Assembly (NCBI GenBank): GCA_017454945.1
Contig: JAFTCA010000052.1
Span: 6,476 to 70,475, forward strand
DNA from: Bacteroidales bacterium
Lineage (GTDB): Bacteria > Bacteroidota > Bacteroidia > Bacteroidales > WCHB1-69
Length of the DNA: 64,000 nucleotides
Direction: 5' to 3'
The position numbers were made by a program, and so were the translations under genes. Positions 9,978 to 19,124 of the stretch are shown in pieces. The first letter of the stretch is position 1; each line of letters begins with the position of its first letter. Under the pieces are notes generated by a model that was given only the letters and a program-made list of their open reading frames with translations, was not told where the DNA came from and did not search any database.

Positions 9978-10012
9978 TCTGCCAAATTTCTAACCTAATA
10001 AACACCAACAAT

Positions 10013-12676
10013 ATGAAAAGAATCCTTGCAACAATATTTCTGCTAATAGTCGCCACGGCTGTTATGGCACAGGCACCGCAACAATTCACCTATCAGTCTG
10101 TCGTACGTGACAACAGTAACAACTTGCTGAAGAACACCGATGTGATGGTGACCATATCTCTATTGCAAGGCGGAGAATCGAGCGATGCCGTTTATGTCGA
10201 AACCCATCACGCCCAAACCAACGCCAATGGTTTGATGACGCTGCTGATTGGTGGCGGCACCGTAACCTCGGGTAGTTTTTCCGACATAGATTGGGGCAGC
10301 GGTCCCTACTTTGTGCGTGTGGAAACCAACCTCGGCGACAAAGGCACACTGACTACCGTGCAGCAACTGCTGAGCGTGCCTTATGCCCAATATGCCAACG
10401 CTACTGGCAATTACACCGAGACGGACCCCTCTGTTTCGGCATGGGCTAAAGAGGCCAACAAGCCAGTGTACGATTACTCGGAAATACAAAACACACCGAC
10501 TATCCCTACCCTGCCCGACTTGGCAGCCGTTGCCACCAGTGGTAATTACAACGACTTGCAAAACCGTCCGCAGATACCGCAGATTCCCGCAAATGTAAGT
10601 GCCTTTAACAACGACAAGGGATATCTTACCACAGAAACCGACCCAACTATCTCGGCGTGGGCTAAAGAGGCCAACAAGCCGGTGTACGATTACTCGGAAA
10701 TACAGAACACACCGACTATTCCTACCGTGCCCGACTTGGCAGCCGTTGCCACCAGTGGTAATTACAATGACTTAAGCAATACCCCCACCATTCCCACAGT
10801 TCCCACGAATGTTGGTGCTTTCACTAACGACAAGGGCTATCTTACTACAGAAACCGACCCGACCATTTCCGCTTGGGCTAAAGCTGCCACAAAACCCACT
10901 TACAACTATTCGGAAATTAAAAATACTCCCACTTTGTCAACAGTAGCTACCAGTGGTAATTACAACGATTTACAAAACCGCCCGCAGATACCGCAGATCC
11001 CCGCAAATGTAAGTGCCTTTAACAATGACAAGGGCTACCTTACCACCGAAACCGACCCGACCATTTCTGCATGGGCTAAAGCAGCCACAAAGCCCACCTA
11101 CAATTATTCGGAAATTAAAAATACTCCCACTTTGTCAACAGTAGCTACCAGTGGTAATTACAACGATTTACAAAACCGCCCGCAGATACCGCAGATCCCC
11201 ACAGATGTAAGTGCCTTTAACAATGACAAGGGATACCTTACCACAGAAACCGACCCGACCATTTCTGCATGGGCCAAAGAGGCCAACAAGCCAGTGTACG
11301 ATTACTCGGAAATACAAAACACACCGACTATCCCTACCGTGCCCGACTTGGCAGCCGTTGCCACCAGTGGTAATTACAACGACTTGAGCAACACTCCCAC
11401 TATTCCAACAGTTCCCACAAAGTTGAGCGAACTGAACAATGATATGGGTTTCCTCACTGAGGCTGATGTTCAAGAAGCGGCCAATATTCCGACCAAAGTG
11501 AGTGCCTTTGAAAACGACGCCCACTACCTGACTTCCTATACCGAGACCGACCCGACCATTTCCGCTTGGGCTAAAGAGGCCAACAAGCCGGTGTACGATT
11601 ACTCGGAAATACAGAACACACCGACTTTGTCAACGGTAGCCACCAGTGGTAGTTACAACGATTTGCAAAACCGCCCGCAGATACCGCAGATCCCCGCAGA
11701 TGTAAGTGCCTTTAACAATGACAAGGGTTATCTTACCTCTGAAACGGATCCGACCATTTCTGCTTGGGCTAAAGCTGCCACAAAACCTACTTACAATTAT
11801 TCGGAAATTAAAAATACGCCGACTTTGTCAACGGTAGCCACCAGTGGTAATTACAACGATTTGCAAAACCGCCCGCAGATACCGCAGATTCCCGCAGATG
11901 TAAGCGCCTTTAACAATGACAAGGGATATCTTACCACTGAAACGGATCCGACCATTTCTGCCTGGGCTAAAGAGGCCAACAAGCCAGTGTACGATTACTC
12001 GGAAATACAAAACACACCGACTATTCCTACTGTGCCCGACTTGGCAGCCGTTGCCACCAGTGGCAATTACAACGATTTACAAAACCGCCCACAGATACCA
12101 CAGATCCCCGCAGATGTAAGCGCCTTTAACAATGACAAGGGCTACCTTACCACCGAAACCGACCCGACCATTTCTGCCTGGGCTAAAGCAGCCACAAAAC
12201 CCACCTACAACTATTCGGAAATCCAGAATACTCCCACTATTCCAACGGTTCCCACTAATGTTAGTGCGTTCACTAACGACAAAGGCTATTTGGTTTCGGC
12301 AGACCTGCAAACCATTCAAGCCGACATTGCTTCTCTCAATGCCCTACGCACGGAATTGAATGAAATGAAAGATTCCATTCGAGATCTGAAACAGAGTCTA
12401 AGCACCCTATCCGAACTGGTTAACACGCTGAATATAAATATGGAGCAGGAGACATTTTCAACCACCGCCGGCCAAACGACTTTCACTTTGCAACACGAGC
12501 CCTCACCAACAGGCATTATTCGATGCTATATTAACGGAGTCATGGCAGGCAGTGACCGCAATGGCGTACTGAATATCGATAACAACAATCACAAACAGAT
12601 ACATTACACCGCAACCAACAATCACGGTTATGCATTAAAGGCCAACGATAAAGTCACTTTCGTGTATTGGTACTAA
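10013..12676 (+). CDS. Secreted repeat protein with tail-fibre-like modules (putative surface fibre/adhesin)
   Basis: Track ORF 9971-12676. I prefer ATG 10013, which gives MKRILATIFLLIVATAVMAQAP, a signal peptide. Nine tandem 66/72-aa repeats (ETDPTISAWAK...SGNYNDLxNxPxIP...NDKGYLTT), then a coiled-coil segment and a small C-terminal beta-rich domain. Confidence 0.85.
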   Translation: MKRILATIFLLIVATAVMAQAPQQFTYQSVVRDNSNNLLKNTDVMVTISLLQGGESSDAVYVETHHAQTNANGLMTLLIGGGTVTSGSFSDIDWGSGPYFVRVETNLGDKGTLTTVQQLLSVPYAQYANATGNYTETDPSVSAWAKEANKPVYDYSEIQNTPTIPTLPDLAAVATSGNYNDLQNRPQIPQIPANVSAFNNDKGYLTTETDPTISAWAKEANKPVYDYSEIQNTPTIPTVPDLAAVATSGNYNDLSNTPTIPTVPTNVGAFTNDKGYLTTETDPTISAWAKAATKPTYNYSEIKNTPTLSTVATSGNYNDLQNRPQIPQIPANVSAFNNDKGYLTTETDPTISAWAKAATKPTYNYSEIKNTPTLSTVATSGNYNDLQNRPQIPQIPTDVSAFNNDKGYLTTETDPTISAWAKEANKPVYDYSEIQNTPTIPTVPDLAAVATSGNYNDLSNTPTIPTVPTKLSELNNDMGFLTEADVQEAANIPTKVSAFENDAHYLTSYTETDPTISAWAKEANKPVYDYSEIQNTPTLSTVATSGSYNDLQNRPQIPQIPADVSAFNNDKGYLTSETDPTISAWAKAATKPTYNYSEIKNTPTLSTVATSGNYNDLQNRPQIPQIPADVSAFNNDKGYLTTETDPTISAWAKEANKPVYDYSEIQNTPTIPTVPDLAAVATSGNYNDLQNRPQIPQIPADVSAFNNDKGYLTTETDPTISAWAKAATKPTYNYSEIQNTPTIPTVPTNVSAFTNDKGYLVSADLQTIQADIASLNALRTELNEMKDSIRDLKQSLSTLSELVNTLNINMEQETFSTTAGQTTFTLQHEPSPTGIIRCYINGVMAGSDRNGVLNIDNNNHKQIHYTATNNHGYALKANDKVTFVYWY
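10418..12295 (+). repeat. Nine in-frame tandem DNA repeats inside the fibre-protein CDS
   Basis: Unit starts are 10418, 10634, 10850, 11048, 11246, 11543, 11741, 11939 and 12155. Unit lengths are 216, 216, 198, 198, 297, 198, 198, 216 and 141 nt. Long stretches are identical between units. Confidence 0.95.
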
Positions 12677-12696
12677 TCTAAAATCACCTTTGTGTT

Positions 12697-15480
12697 ATGA
12701 GAAAGATAACCGTTTATTTATTGCGATTCGTCTCCGTTCTCGTTGCGGGTGTTTTGTTGGGATTTACATCTCTCACCTTATGCGCGCAAACACAGGAAGA
12801 GTCGGCCACCTATATATCGTCAAAACAAGCACAGAATATAGGTCAGGCCTTTATGCTGGGAAATAGCGCTATGGCGCAAAGCAACGGAACAAAGAAAGGC
12901 ACTACAGGCGAGCAAACAATGCAATTGGTATATACCGGCTATACGACAGACGAGAACACTGGCAATACCATCACTTGCTACTATGTTTTCGCCTTGCAGC
13001 CTAAAGGATTCGTGATTGTGGCCGCTGACGACCGTGTTGAGCCTATCCTAGGTTACTCCTACGATAATGACTTCATCGCCAAAGATATTCCATCAAATGT
13101 ACGCAGTTGGCTCAATGACTATGAACAACTGGTGAAAGCGGTCGTAGATCAAAATCTGCCATCTGACCCTATTATCTCCATCAAATGGAACAATTTAAAA
13201 TCGGGTGTGCAAGGAAATGGCAGCAAAGGCACGAGTGTACCCCCACTGATAGAAACCACATGGGACCAGAACTCTCCCTACAACTCATGGTGCCCTACTG
13301 ACGCCAACGGTCCTGGCGGACATGCCTACGCTGGTTGTGAAGCCTGCGCCATGGCTCAAATAATGCGTTATTGGCAATACCCATCGAGAGGTATTGGCAG
13401 CCATAGTTATAATACTGACCAATTTGCTTATCTAGGCTATGGCAGCTATGGTTCACTAAGTGTCAATTTTGCCAATACGACTTATGATTATTCTTTGATG
13501 CCGCTCGCTTTGGACAATTACAGTACGAGCACTCAGATTAACGAGGTTGCTAAACTTATGTATCATTGTGGTGTGGCTGTGGAAATGATGTACGGTCCCA
13601 ACGGCAGTGGCGCATACGATAACAAAGCTGTGAACGGACTGCGTACCTATTTCGGATACAGCGATGCCACGTTAAAAAGAAGAATCAACTTTAGTGACAG
13701 CAAATGGATTGAGCTTCTGAAAGGGGAATTGGACAAAATGCGCCCCCTCATTTATGCAGGACAAGGCTCTTACGGCGGCCATGCTTTTGTTTGCGATGGC
13801 TACGACAGCCAAAACAACTTCCATTTCAACTGGGGATGGGGAGGCAACTACAACGGCTACTATTCACTATCCATTCTTAACCCGGGACCGTATGACTTCA
13901 ATTCAGATCATGTCGCTATTGTTGGCATAGACGCTTCGCAACCCATGATTCGCATTGACAACGAATCTCTCTCTTTTATTATCGAGGAAGGAACAACCAT
14001 AAGTGACAGCAAATCGGTATCTGTATTGGCGGCACATCTCGACGCATCCCTTACGGCTACCGTCACGGGAAACTTCCGTATCAGCACAAATGGAACCGAC
14101 TACGCCAACTCACAAACTCTTAGTAACACGGGCGGCACATTGTATGTCCGCTACCAACCCTCCAACAATAATGACATTGAACACGGATATATTACCTTAA
14201 GTTCAGGCACTCTTGAGAAGACCATTTCTCTTACAGGCGCCCTGTGCGCCAATAACCCTGCCTGTCTGCCCCCTGCAAATCTAAGTCTCTATTCAGAAGA
14301 TCAGACCAACATCACCCTGCAATGGGAAACACCTGTCATTAATGCCGACCCACATACTCTGACATGGACAGCGAACTTTGATTTTATGTATGGGTTTTAT
14401 GATGATTATCAGGTAAGTATAATGCAACGCTTCTGTGATACCGATTTGTTAAACTACCACAATCAGGAACTTACCCAAATCAGTTTCTATGCCTTTAGCG
14501 ATGCTACCGTCTATAAGGCTGTGGTATATAAAGGAGGCAAAGCCAATGGCGGCTTTGACCCAGGCACCTTAGTGCTGTCACAAGATATCAACAAAAGTAC
14601 CCTTACTGCGAACACTTGGAACACCATTACGCTCAACACTCCTGTTCCCGTTGACGCGACACAGGAACTTTGGTTTGGCATCTATCTGGAAGCACCGGCC
14701 AACACCTATTGCCTTCCCCTCTCTAGTCAGGCAATGCCACAAAAAGGATGTATTTACGGGAATCATTCAAACGGTTCCATTTCCTGGGATGTATTTCTAG
14801 ATAATTATTCATTTTGCATAAAAGGCACTGTGGATAATGTGCGGGCAGTTGACCATTACGAAGTATTTAGAAACGATGAAAATATTGCCACCACAACCAA
14901 CACCACGGCACAAGACAATTTAAGCGACGATGGCACATTCACTTACACCGTAACCGCCTACTGGAGTAACGGCTGCACCGCTTCGGCACAGAAACAATAC
15001 ACCAAGGAGGATAGTGGTACAGAGATTGAAATAGACAATGCTGTTTCTGCCTCTGGAGAAATGGGCGGATTGAATAGCAACCTTGGCTTTGTGGATGAGG
15101 CTGGAGGCATCTCTTCTTATCCACGTCTAAGCGTAGCAGGCGAACTGCTTTATTATTCTCCGAGTGTTAGTACAGACAACGTGGAAACAAGTGGCACTTC
15201 GGCTATCGTGCATGGCAATGTTCTGTTCAATGGCTGGTGTGACACAGTGACTGAAAAAGGATTCCAAATTTGGAAAAGTAGCGGCAGCAGAACAACACAG
15301 AAGGTCGCATTCAATCAGCCGTATGTACATTGCGAGAATCCGTGTAACGACAACAACTTCACCTATTCCTTCACTGGTTTGACACCCAACACCACCTATT
15401 ATGTGCGGGCTTATGCCATCAATAGCATGGGAAAAACATACGGAGAGGAAATAAGTTTTACGACGACCAATCTTCCCTAA
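12697..15480 (+). CDS. C10 family cysteine peptidase (streptopain/interpain-like) with a long C-terminal extension
   Basis: 927 aa. Signal peptide, then a propeptide/Spi-like segment (YYVFALQPKGFVIVAADDRVEPILGYS). Catalytic Cys context AGCEACAMAQIMRYWQYP and catalytic His context GGHAFVCDGYD...NWGWGG. Fn3-like end YYVRAYAINSMGKTYGEEISFTT. Confidence 0.85.
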   Translation: MRKITVYLLRFVSVLVAGVLLGFTSLTLCAQTQEESATYISSKQAQNIGQAFMLGNSAMAQSNGTKKGTTGEQTMQLVYTGYTTDENTGNTITCYYVFALQPKGFVIVAADDRVEPILGYSYDNDFIAKDIPSNVRSWLNDYEQLVKAVVDQNLPSDPIISIKWNNLKSGVQGNGSKGTSVPPLIETTWDQNSPYNSWCPTDANGPGGHAYAGCEACAMAQIMRYWQYPSRGIGSHSYNTDQFAYLGYGSYGSLSVNFANTTYDYSLMPLALDNYSTSTQINEVAKLMYHCGVAVEMMYGPNGSGAYDNKAVNGLRTYFGYSDATLKRRINFSDSKWIELLKGELDKMRPLIYAGQGSYGGHAFVCDGYDSQNNFHFNWGWGGNYNGYYSLSILNPGPYDFNSDHVAIVGIDASQPMIRIDNESLSFIIEEGTTISDSKSVSVLAAHLDASLTATVTGNFRISTNGTDYANSQTLSNTGGTLYVRYQPSNNNDIEHGYITLSSGTLEKTISLTGALCANNPACLPPANLSLYSEDQTNITLQWETPVINADPHTLTWTANFDFMYGFYDDYQVSIMQRFCDTDLLNYHNQELTQISFYAFSDATVYKAVVYKGGKANGGFDPGTLVLSQDINKSTLTANTWNTITLNTPVPVDATQELWFGIYLEAPANTYCLPLSSQAMPQKGCIYGNHSNGSISWDVFLDNYSFCIKGTVDNVRAVDHYEVFRNDENIATTTNTTAQDNLSDDGTFTYTVTAYWSNGCTASAQKQYTKEDSGTEIEIDNAVSASGEMGGLNSNLGFVDEAGGISSYPRLSVAGELLYYSPSVSTDNVETSGTSAIVHGNVLFNGWCDTVTEKGFQIWKSSGSRTTQKVAFNQPYVHCENPCNDNNFTYSFTGLTPNTTYYVRAYAINSMGKTYGEEISFTTTNLP

Positions 15481-15494
15481 CGACTATTGGTCGT
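15463..15494. terminator. Hairpin between the convergent C10 protease and TIGR04076 genes
   Basis: ACGACCAAT (15463-15471) pairs with ATTGGTCGT (15486-15494) and spans the protease stop codon. Confidence 0.35.
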
Positions 15495-15518
15495 ACGACA
15501 CTGTTAAATCACACTATC

Positions 15519-15824
15519 TTAATCATTTATCGCCTCCAGCAAAAAGCTTACGGGGCGGAAGCCGTCGTTGCAGGAAATCATCGCCGAATGAGGATTTTTC
15601 ATCCAGCCGTCGTAGAAGTTGCCGCCGCCGGCTGTCAATGTTTCCACAAAAGTGCGCATACTCTCCCACGCACTCTCACACAATCCCTCGGGCCTCTCAC
15701 CGTGTTGCGACACAAACACTTGCCCTTCCTGCACATCACAAGCATGCTCTATCGGATTCTCATACTGCTGTATCAAATCCTGATGGCACACTTTGCGGAT
15801 GACGGTAATCTTCACTTTGGGCAT
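15519..15824 (-). CDS. TIGR04076-family small Cys-containing protein (function unknown)
   Basis: 101 aa. MPKVKITV...PEGLCESAW...ISCNDGFRPVSFLLEAI matches my recollection of the TIGR04076 family. It starts 3 nt after the DUF1846 stop. Confidence 0.6.
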   Translation of the reverse strand: MPKVKITVIRKVCHQDLIQQYENPIEHACDVQEGQVFVSQHGERPEGLCESAWESMRTFVETLTAGGGNFYDGWMKNPHSAMISCNDGFRPVSFLLEAIND

Positions 15825-15827
15825 AGC

Positions 15828-17294
15828 TTACTTTTTTCTTACAGGGTCGCTGGTCAAGCCAATGCCGAGCTTCTTGAAGATCTTCTGGTCTATTTCGCTC
15901 AACATCACGGTGGTATGCACCTGACAATCGGCCAACTGCGGCAGACAGTCGAGCGCTTTGCGGCAGTTGTCATCGTTCAGACTGAGCATTGAGAGAGCCA
16001 CCAGCACTTCATCGGTATGCAGACGTGGGTTATTGCCATGCAAGTACGATACTTTCGTTTTCTGAATAGGCTCAATCATCTCCTGCGGAATCAGTTTCAC
16101 ATCGTGGTCAATGCCAGCCAGATACTTGGTAGCATTGAGCAGCAGGGCGGCACTAGGACCGAGCAACGCACTCGACTTGGCGGTGATGATGGTGCCGTCG
16201 GCCAGTTCGATAGCGGCAGACGGAACACCCGATTGCTCCTTGCGCTCGCGAGCGGCCACCACCGTCTTGCGGGTTTCGGGCATAACCTTGGCCTGCTTCA
16301 TGAGCAAAGCAATCTTATTTACTTCATTTTCAGTCGATTTTCCCGTAACCACACCACACAGGGCCGTAAAGTACCGGCGAATAATCTCAGCGCGCGAAGC
16401 CTCACAGCAGACCTCATCATCCGAGATGCAGAATCCCGCCATATTAACGCCCATGTCGGTTGGCGACTTATACGGATTTTCATCATAGATGCCTTCAAAA
16501 ATGGCATTCAGCACCGGAAATATCTCAATATCACGATTATAGTTGACGGCCGTTTTGTTGTACGCCTCCAAATGGAAGGGGTCGATCATGTTCACATCGT
16601 TCAGGTCAGCGGTAGCGGCTTCGTAGGCCAAATTCACCGGGTGTTTCAAGGGAATGCTCCAGATGGGGAATGTCTCGAACTTGGCATAGCCAGCCTTTAC
16701 ACCACGCTTATTCTCTTGATAGAGCTGACTGAGGCAGACGGCCATCTTGCCGCTACCAGGTCCCGGAGCGGTGACCACTACCAGCGGACGCGAGGTTTCC
16801 ACATACTCATTGCGGCCAAAACCATCGTCAGAATCTATCAAGTCCACATTGGTAGGATAACCCTCGATCAGATAGTGGTAATAGACAGAAATGCCCATCC
16901 GTTCCAGACGTTCGCGGTAGGCCTTGGCACTAGCCTGGCCATTGTAATGGGTGATCACCACCGAGCCGAAGAAAAGGCCGCGATTGATGAACACTTCGCG
17001 CAAACGGAGCACATCCTCATCATACGTTATGCCCAAATCGCCGCGCATCTTGTTGGTTTCAATATCCACCGCACTGATGACAATCACGATTTCGGCATCG
17101 TCTTTCAGTTGCATCAGCATTCGCAGTTTACTGTCGGGCTGAAATCCAGGTAGCACGCGGCTGGCATGGAAATCATCAAACAGCTTGCCGCCGAACTCCA
17201 AATACAACTTATCGCCAAAGTGAGTAATGCGTTCCTTAATATGTTCCGATTGGATTTTCAGATACATATCATTATTGAAACCTAGTTTTTTCAT
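15828..17294 (-). CDS. DUF1846 / UPF0371 family protein (function unknown)
   Basis: 488 aa. FGDKLYLEFGGKLFDDFHASRVLPGF and VVVTAPGPGSGKMA...AGYAKFETFPIW are characteristic of UPF0371 proteins as I recall them. Confidence 0.8.
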   Translation of the reverse strand: MKKLGFNNDMYLKIQSEHIKERITHFGDKLYLEFGGKLFDDFHASRVLPGFQPDSKLRMLMQLKDDAEIVIVISAVDIETNKMRGDLGITYDEDVLRLREVFINRGLFFGSVVITHYNGQASAKAYRERLERMGISVYYHYLIEGYPTNVDLIDSDDGFGRNEYVETSRPLVVVTAPGPGSGKMAVCLSQLYQENKRGVKAGYAKFETFPIWSIPLKHPVNLAYEAATADLNDVNMIDPFHLEAYNKTAVNYNRDIEIFPVLNAIFEGIYDENPYKSPTDMGVNMAGFCISDDEVCCEASRAEIIRRYFTALCGVVTGKSTENEVNKIALLMKQAKVMPETRKTVVAARERKEQSGVPSAAIELADGTIITAKSSALLGPSAALLLNATKYLAGIDHDVKLIPQEMIEPIQKTKVSYLHGNNPRLHTDEVLVALSMLSLNDDNCRKALDCLPQLADCQVHTTVMLSEIDQKIFKKLGIGLTSDPVRKK

Positions 17295-17323
17295 ATCATC
17301 AATTTTTTTGAACTAAGGAAAGG

Positions 17324-17331
17324 CAAATTTA
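17324..17331 (-). promoter_or_regulatory. -7 promoter box for the DUF1846-TIGR04076 operon
   Basis: CAAATTTA = TAAATTTG on minus strand, 29 nt upstream of ATG 17294. Confidence 0.5.
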
Positions 17332-17451
17332 CTTTTTTTATCACTCAAAACTGGGTGTTTTTTTCACTTTTTATGAACATCAAAATGTAATGGCGGCCAA
17401 TGCCCTTATAAGAATCTTTTACAAACCATCGGCGTGCGCAGAAAATTATCG

Positions 17452-17459
17452 TATCTTTG
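17452..17459 (+). promoter_or_regulatory. -7 promoter box for the ATP-grasp gene
   Basis: TATCTTTG, 60 nt upstream of ATG 17520. Confidence 0.45.
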
Positions 17460-17519
17460 CAGAAGTAAATTAAAAACAACAACTATTTGAATATTAACTA
17501 TTTAAGATAAATTCACATT

Positions 17520-18674
17520 ATGCTCATTCTCGAAAAACCATACGTATCAGAAACATTAGTCAAGACCGCAATAGCCAAGGACCTTCCCGTATTACGAAAT
17601 GCCATGTCGGAGAAGATGGTCGAAGCCGGCTATGCACTTCATTTATATAACGATGCAGAATTCATCGAGGCCTACAAGCAACGCAAACGCCTTTATACCA
17701 TGTCGGAAAATGCATTAGGATGGCTCGTTAACCATCTGCCCGACAAAGAATTACTGGACAAGATAGCCTTGTTAAAAGACAAAGCCACCTTCCGACGCAT
17801 TTGCAGCGATATGTATCCCGACTTCTTCTTCTGCGAGGAAGAGATTGTCAAACTGGACAATATCGACGCCAACAAACTGCAATTCCCGTTAGTGTTGAAG
17901 CCGTCGGTGGGATTTCTGAGCGCTGGCGTGCATGTGGTGCACAATGCCGACGAGTGGAACGCTGCCATCAGCGATATCCAGCGCAACTTCCACAAGGTTA
18001 GCACCCAATTCCCCGAGTTTGTCATTGGCACCCAGAAGTTCCTGATTGAAGAGTACATCTGTGGCGAAGAATACGCCGTGGACACCTACTTTGACGAAAA
18101 CGGCAATCCCGTTATTCTCAATATTTTCCACCATCGTTTTGCCAACGAATCCGACACTTCCGACCGCCTCTACTGCTCGAGTCGCAGCTTGTACGACCAG
18201 TACGAGGAGCCATTCATGAACTTCCTTGTGAAGCTCAACAAAGTGCTGCAACTGCACGATTTTCCGATGCACATCGAGTTCCGCTACGATGGCAAAAAAG
18301 CTATTCCTATTGAAATCAACCCCTTACGATTTGCAGGTTTCTGTCTCAACGAGCTACAGACCCACATCAGTGGCGTGCATCCCATTGTTGCCTACCTCGA
18401 AAACATCCACCTCAGCAAGGAGGAGATGTGGCAAGGCAAGGAGAAAGACACTTACAGTTTCCTCGTGCTGGAACGCCCTGCCGACGCCGCTGCCGAAGAG
18501 CACTTCAACGAAAAGAAATTCCGCGAAAGAATGATGGATGTGCTGGAACTGCGCCCGTTAGCTGACCCGACAGTGGGTGTCGCCGCCACGGCATTCATCC
18601 GCACCGATGACGCACACCGCGAAGAACTGGAGCACATTCTGCATCTGGATATGCACGAATATATGACGCGCTAA
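17520..18674 (+). CDS. ATP-grasp domain protein (substrate unknown)
   Basis: 384 aa. [18 protein letters not shown] and [15 protein letters not shown]...HIEFR...IEINPLR fit the ATP-grasp fold pattern. Confidence 0.7.
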   Translation: MLILEKPYVSETLVKTAIAKDLPVLRNAMSEKMVEAGYALHLYNDAEFIEAYKQRKRLYTMSENALGWLVNHLPDKELLDKIALLKDKATFRRICSDMYPDFFFCEEEIVKLDNIDANKLQFPLVLKPSVGFLSAGVHVVHNADEWNAAISDIQRNFHKVSTQFPEFVIGTQKFLIEEYICGEEYAVDTYFDENGNPVILNIFHHRFANESDTSDRLYCSSRSLYDQYEEPFMNFLVKLNKVLQLHDFPMHIEFRYDGKKAIPIEINPLRFAGFCLNELQTHISGVHPIVAYLENIHLSKEEMWQGKEKDTYSFLVLERPADAAAEEHFNEKKFRERMMDVLELRPLADPTVGVAATAFIRTDDAHREELEHILHLDMHEYMTR

Positions 18675-19123
18675 TAGGGCACACGCGAGTCGATGACGAT
18701 GGTCACGGGACCATCGTTGGTGAGCGCCACCTGCATATAGGCGCCAAACACGCCCTTCCCTACAGGGCGGCCACATTCCTGCGACAAAAGTTCGCAATAT
18801 TTCTCGTACAGCGGTACGGCAGTTTCATGTCCGGCGGCATGGATATACGCCGGACGATTGCCCTTCTTGGTGGAGGCCAGCAGTGTAAACTGCGACACGG
18901 CCAGCAGCTCGCCGCCCACATCCTTTACCGACAGGTTCATCACGCCGTTGGCATCATCAAAGATACGCATGTTGGCAGTTTTAGCCGCCAGCCACACAGC
19001 ATCTTTCTCTGTATCACCGACTTCCACGCCCACCAGTATCAGCAGGCCGTTGCCAATTTGTGAAACAATCTCTCCTTCAACGGTTACCGAAGCATTTTTG
19101 ACGCGTTGGATGACCAATTTCAT
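18671..19123 (-). CDS. dtd: D-aminoacyl-tRNA deacylase
   Basis: 150 aa. MKLVIQRV start, SQFTL and NDGPVT motifs. Confidence 0.93.
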   Translation of the reverse strand: MKLVIQRVKNASVTVEGEIVSQIGNGLLILVGVEVGDTEKDAVWLAAKTANMRIFDDANGVMNLSVKDVGGELLAVSQFTLLASTKKGNRPAYIHAAGHETAVPLYEKYCELLSQECGRPVGKGVFGAYMQVALTNDGPVTIVIDSRVPY

Positions 19124-19124
19124 A

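Noticed and set aside
9798-9998. 66-aa ORF between the sigma gene and the repeat-protein gene.
   Set aside because: It spans the sigma terminator hairpin, the -7 box, the A-rich simple repeats and the 18-bp palindrome. The peptide has no features, so the region is better explained as a regulatory leader.
10418-12295. Regular tandem repeats that could be mistaken for a CRISPR array or satellite.
   Set aside because: The repeats are 198-216 nt, contiguous with no unique spacers, and stay in frame within one long ORF that has a signal peptide. No cas genes are present.
9203-12676. ECF sigma factor as the dedicated regulator of the fibre/protease operon, or a sigma/anti-sigma pair.
   Set aside because: No anti-sigma gene follows the sigma gene. 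A terminator-like hairpin and a housekeeping-type -7 box separate the sigma gene from the operon, so a functional link is not supported beyond proximity.
9971-15480. Prophage remnant, suggested by the tail-fibre-like repeats.
   Set aside because: There is no capsid, portal, terminase, tape-measure, integrase or lysis gene nearby. The protein has a Sec signal peptide and is in an operon with a secreted protease, which fits a cellular surface protein.
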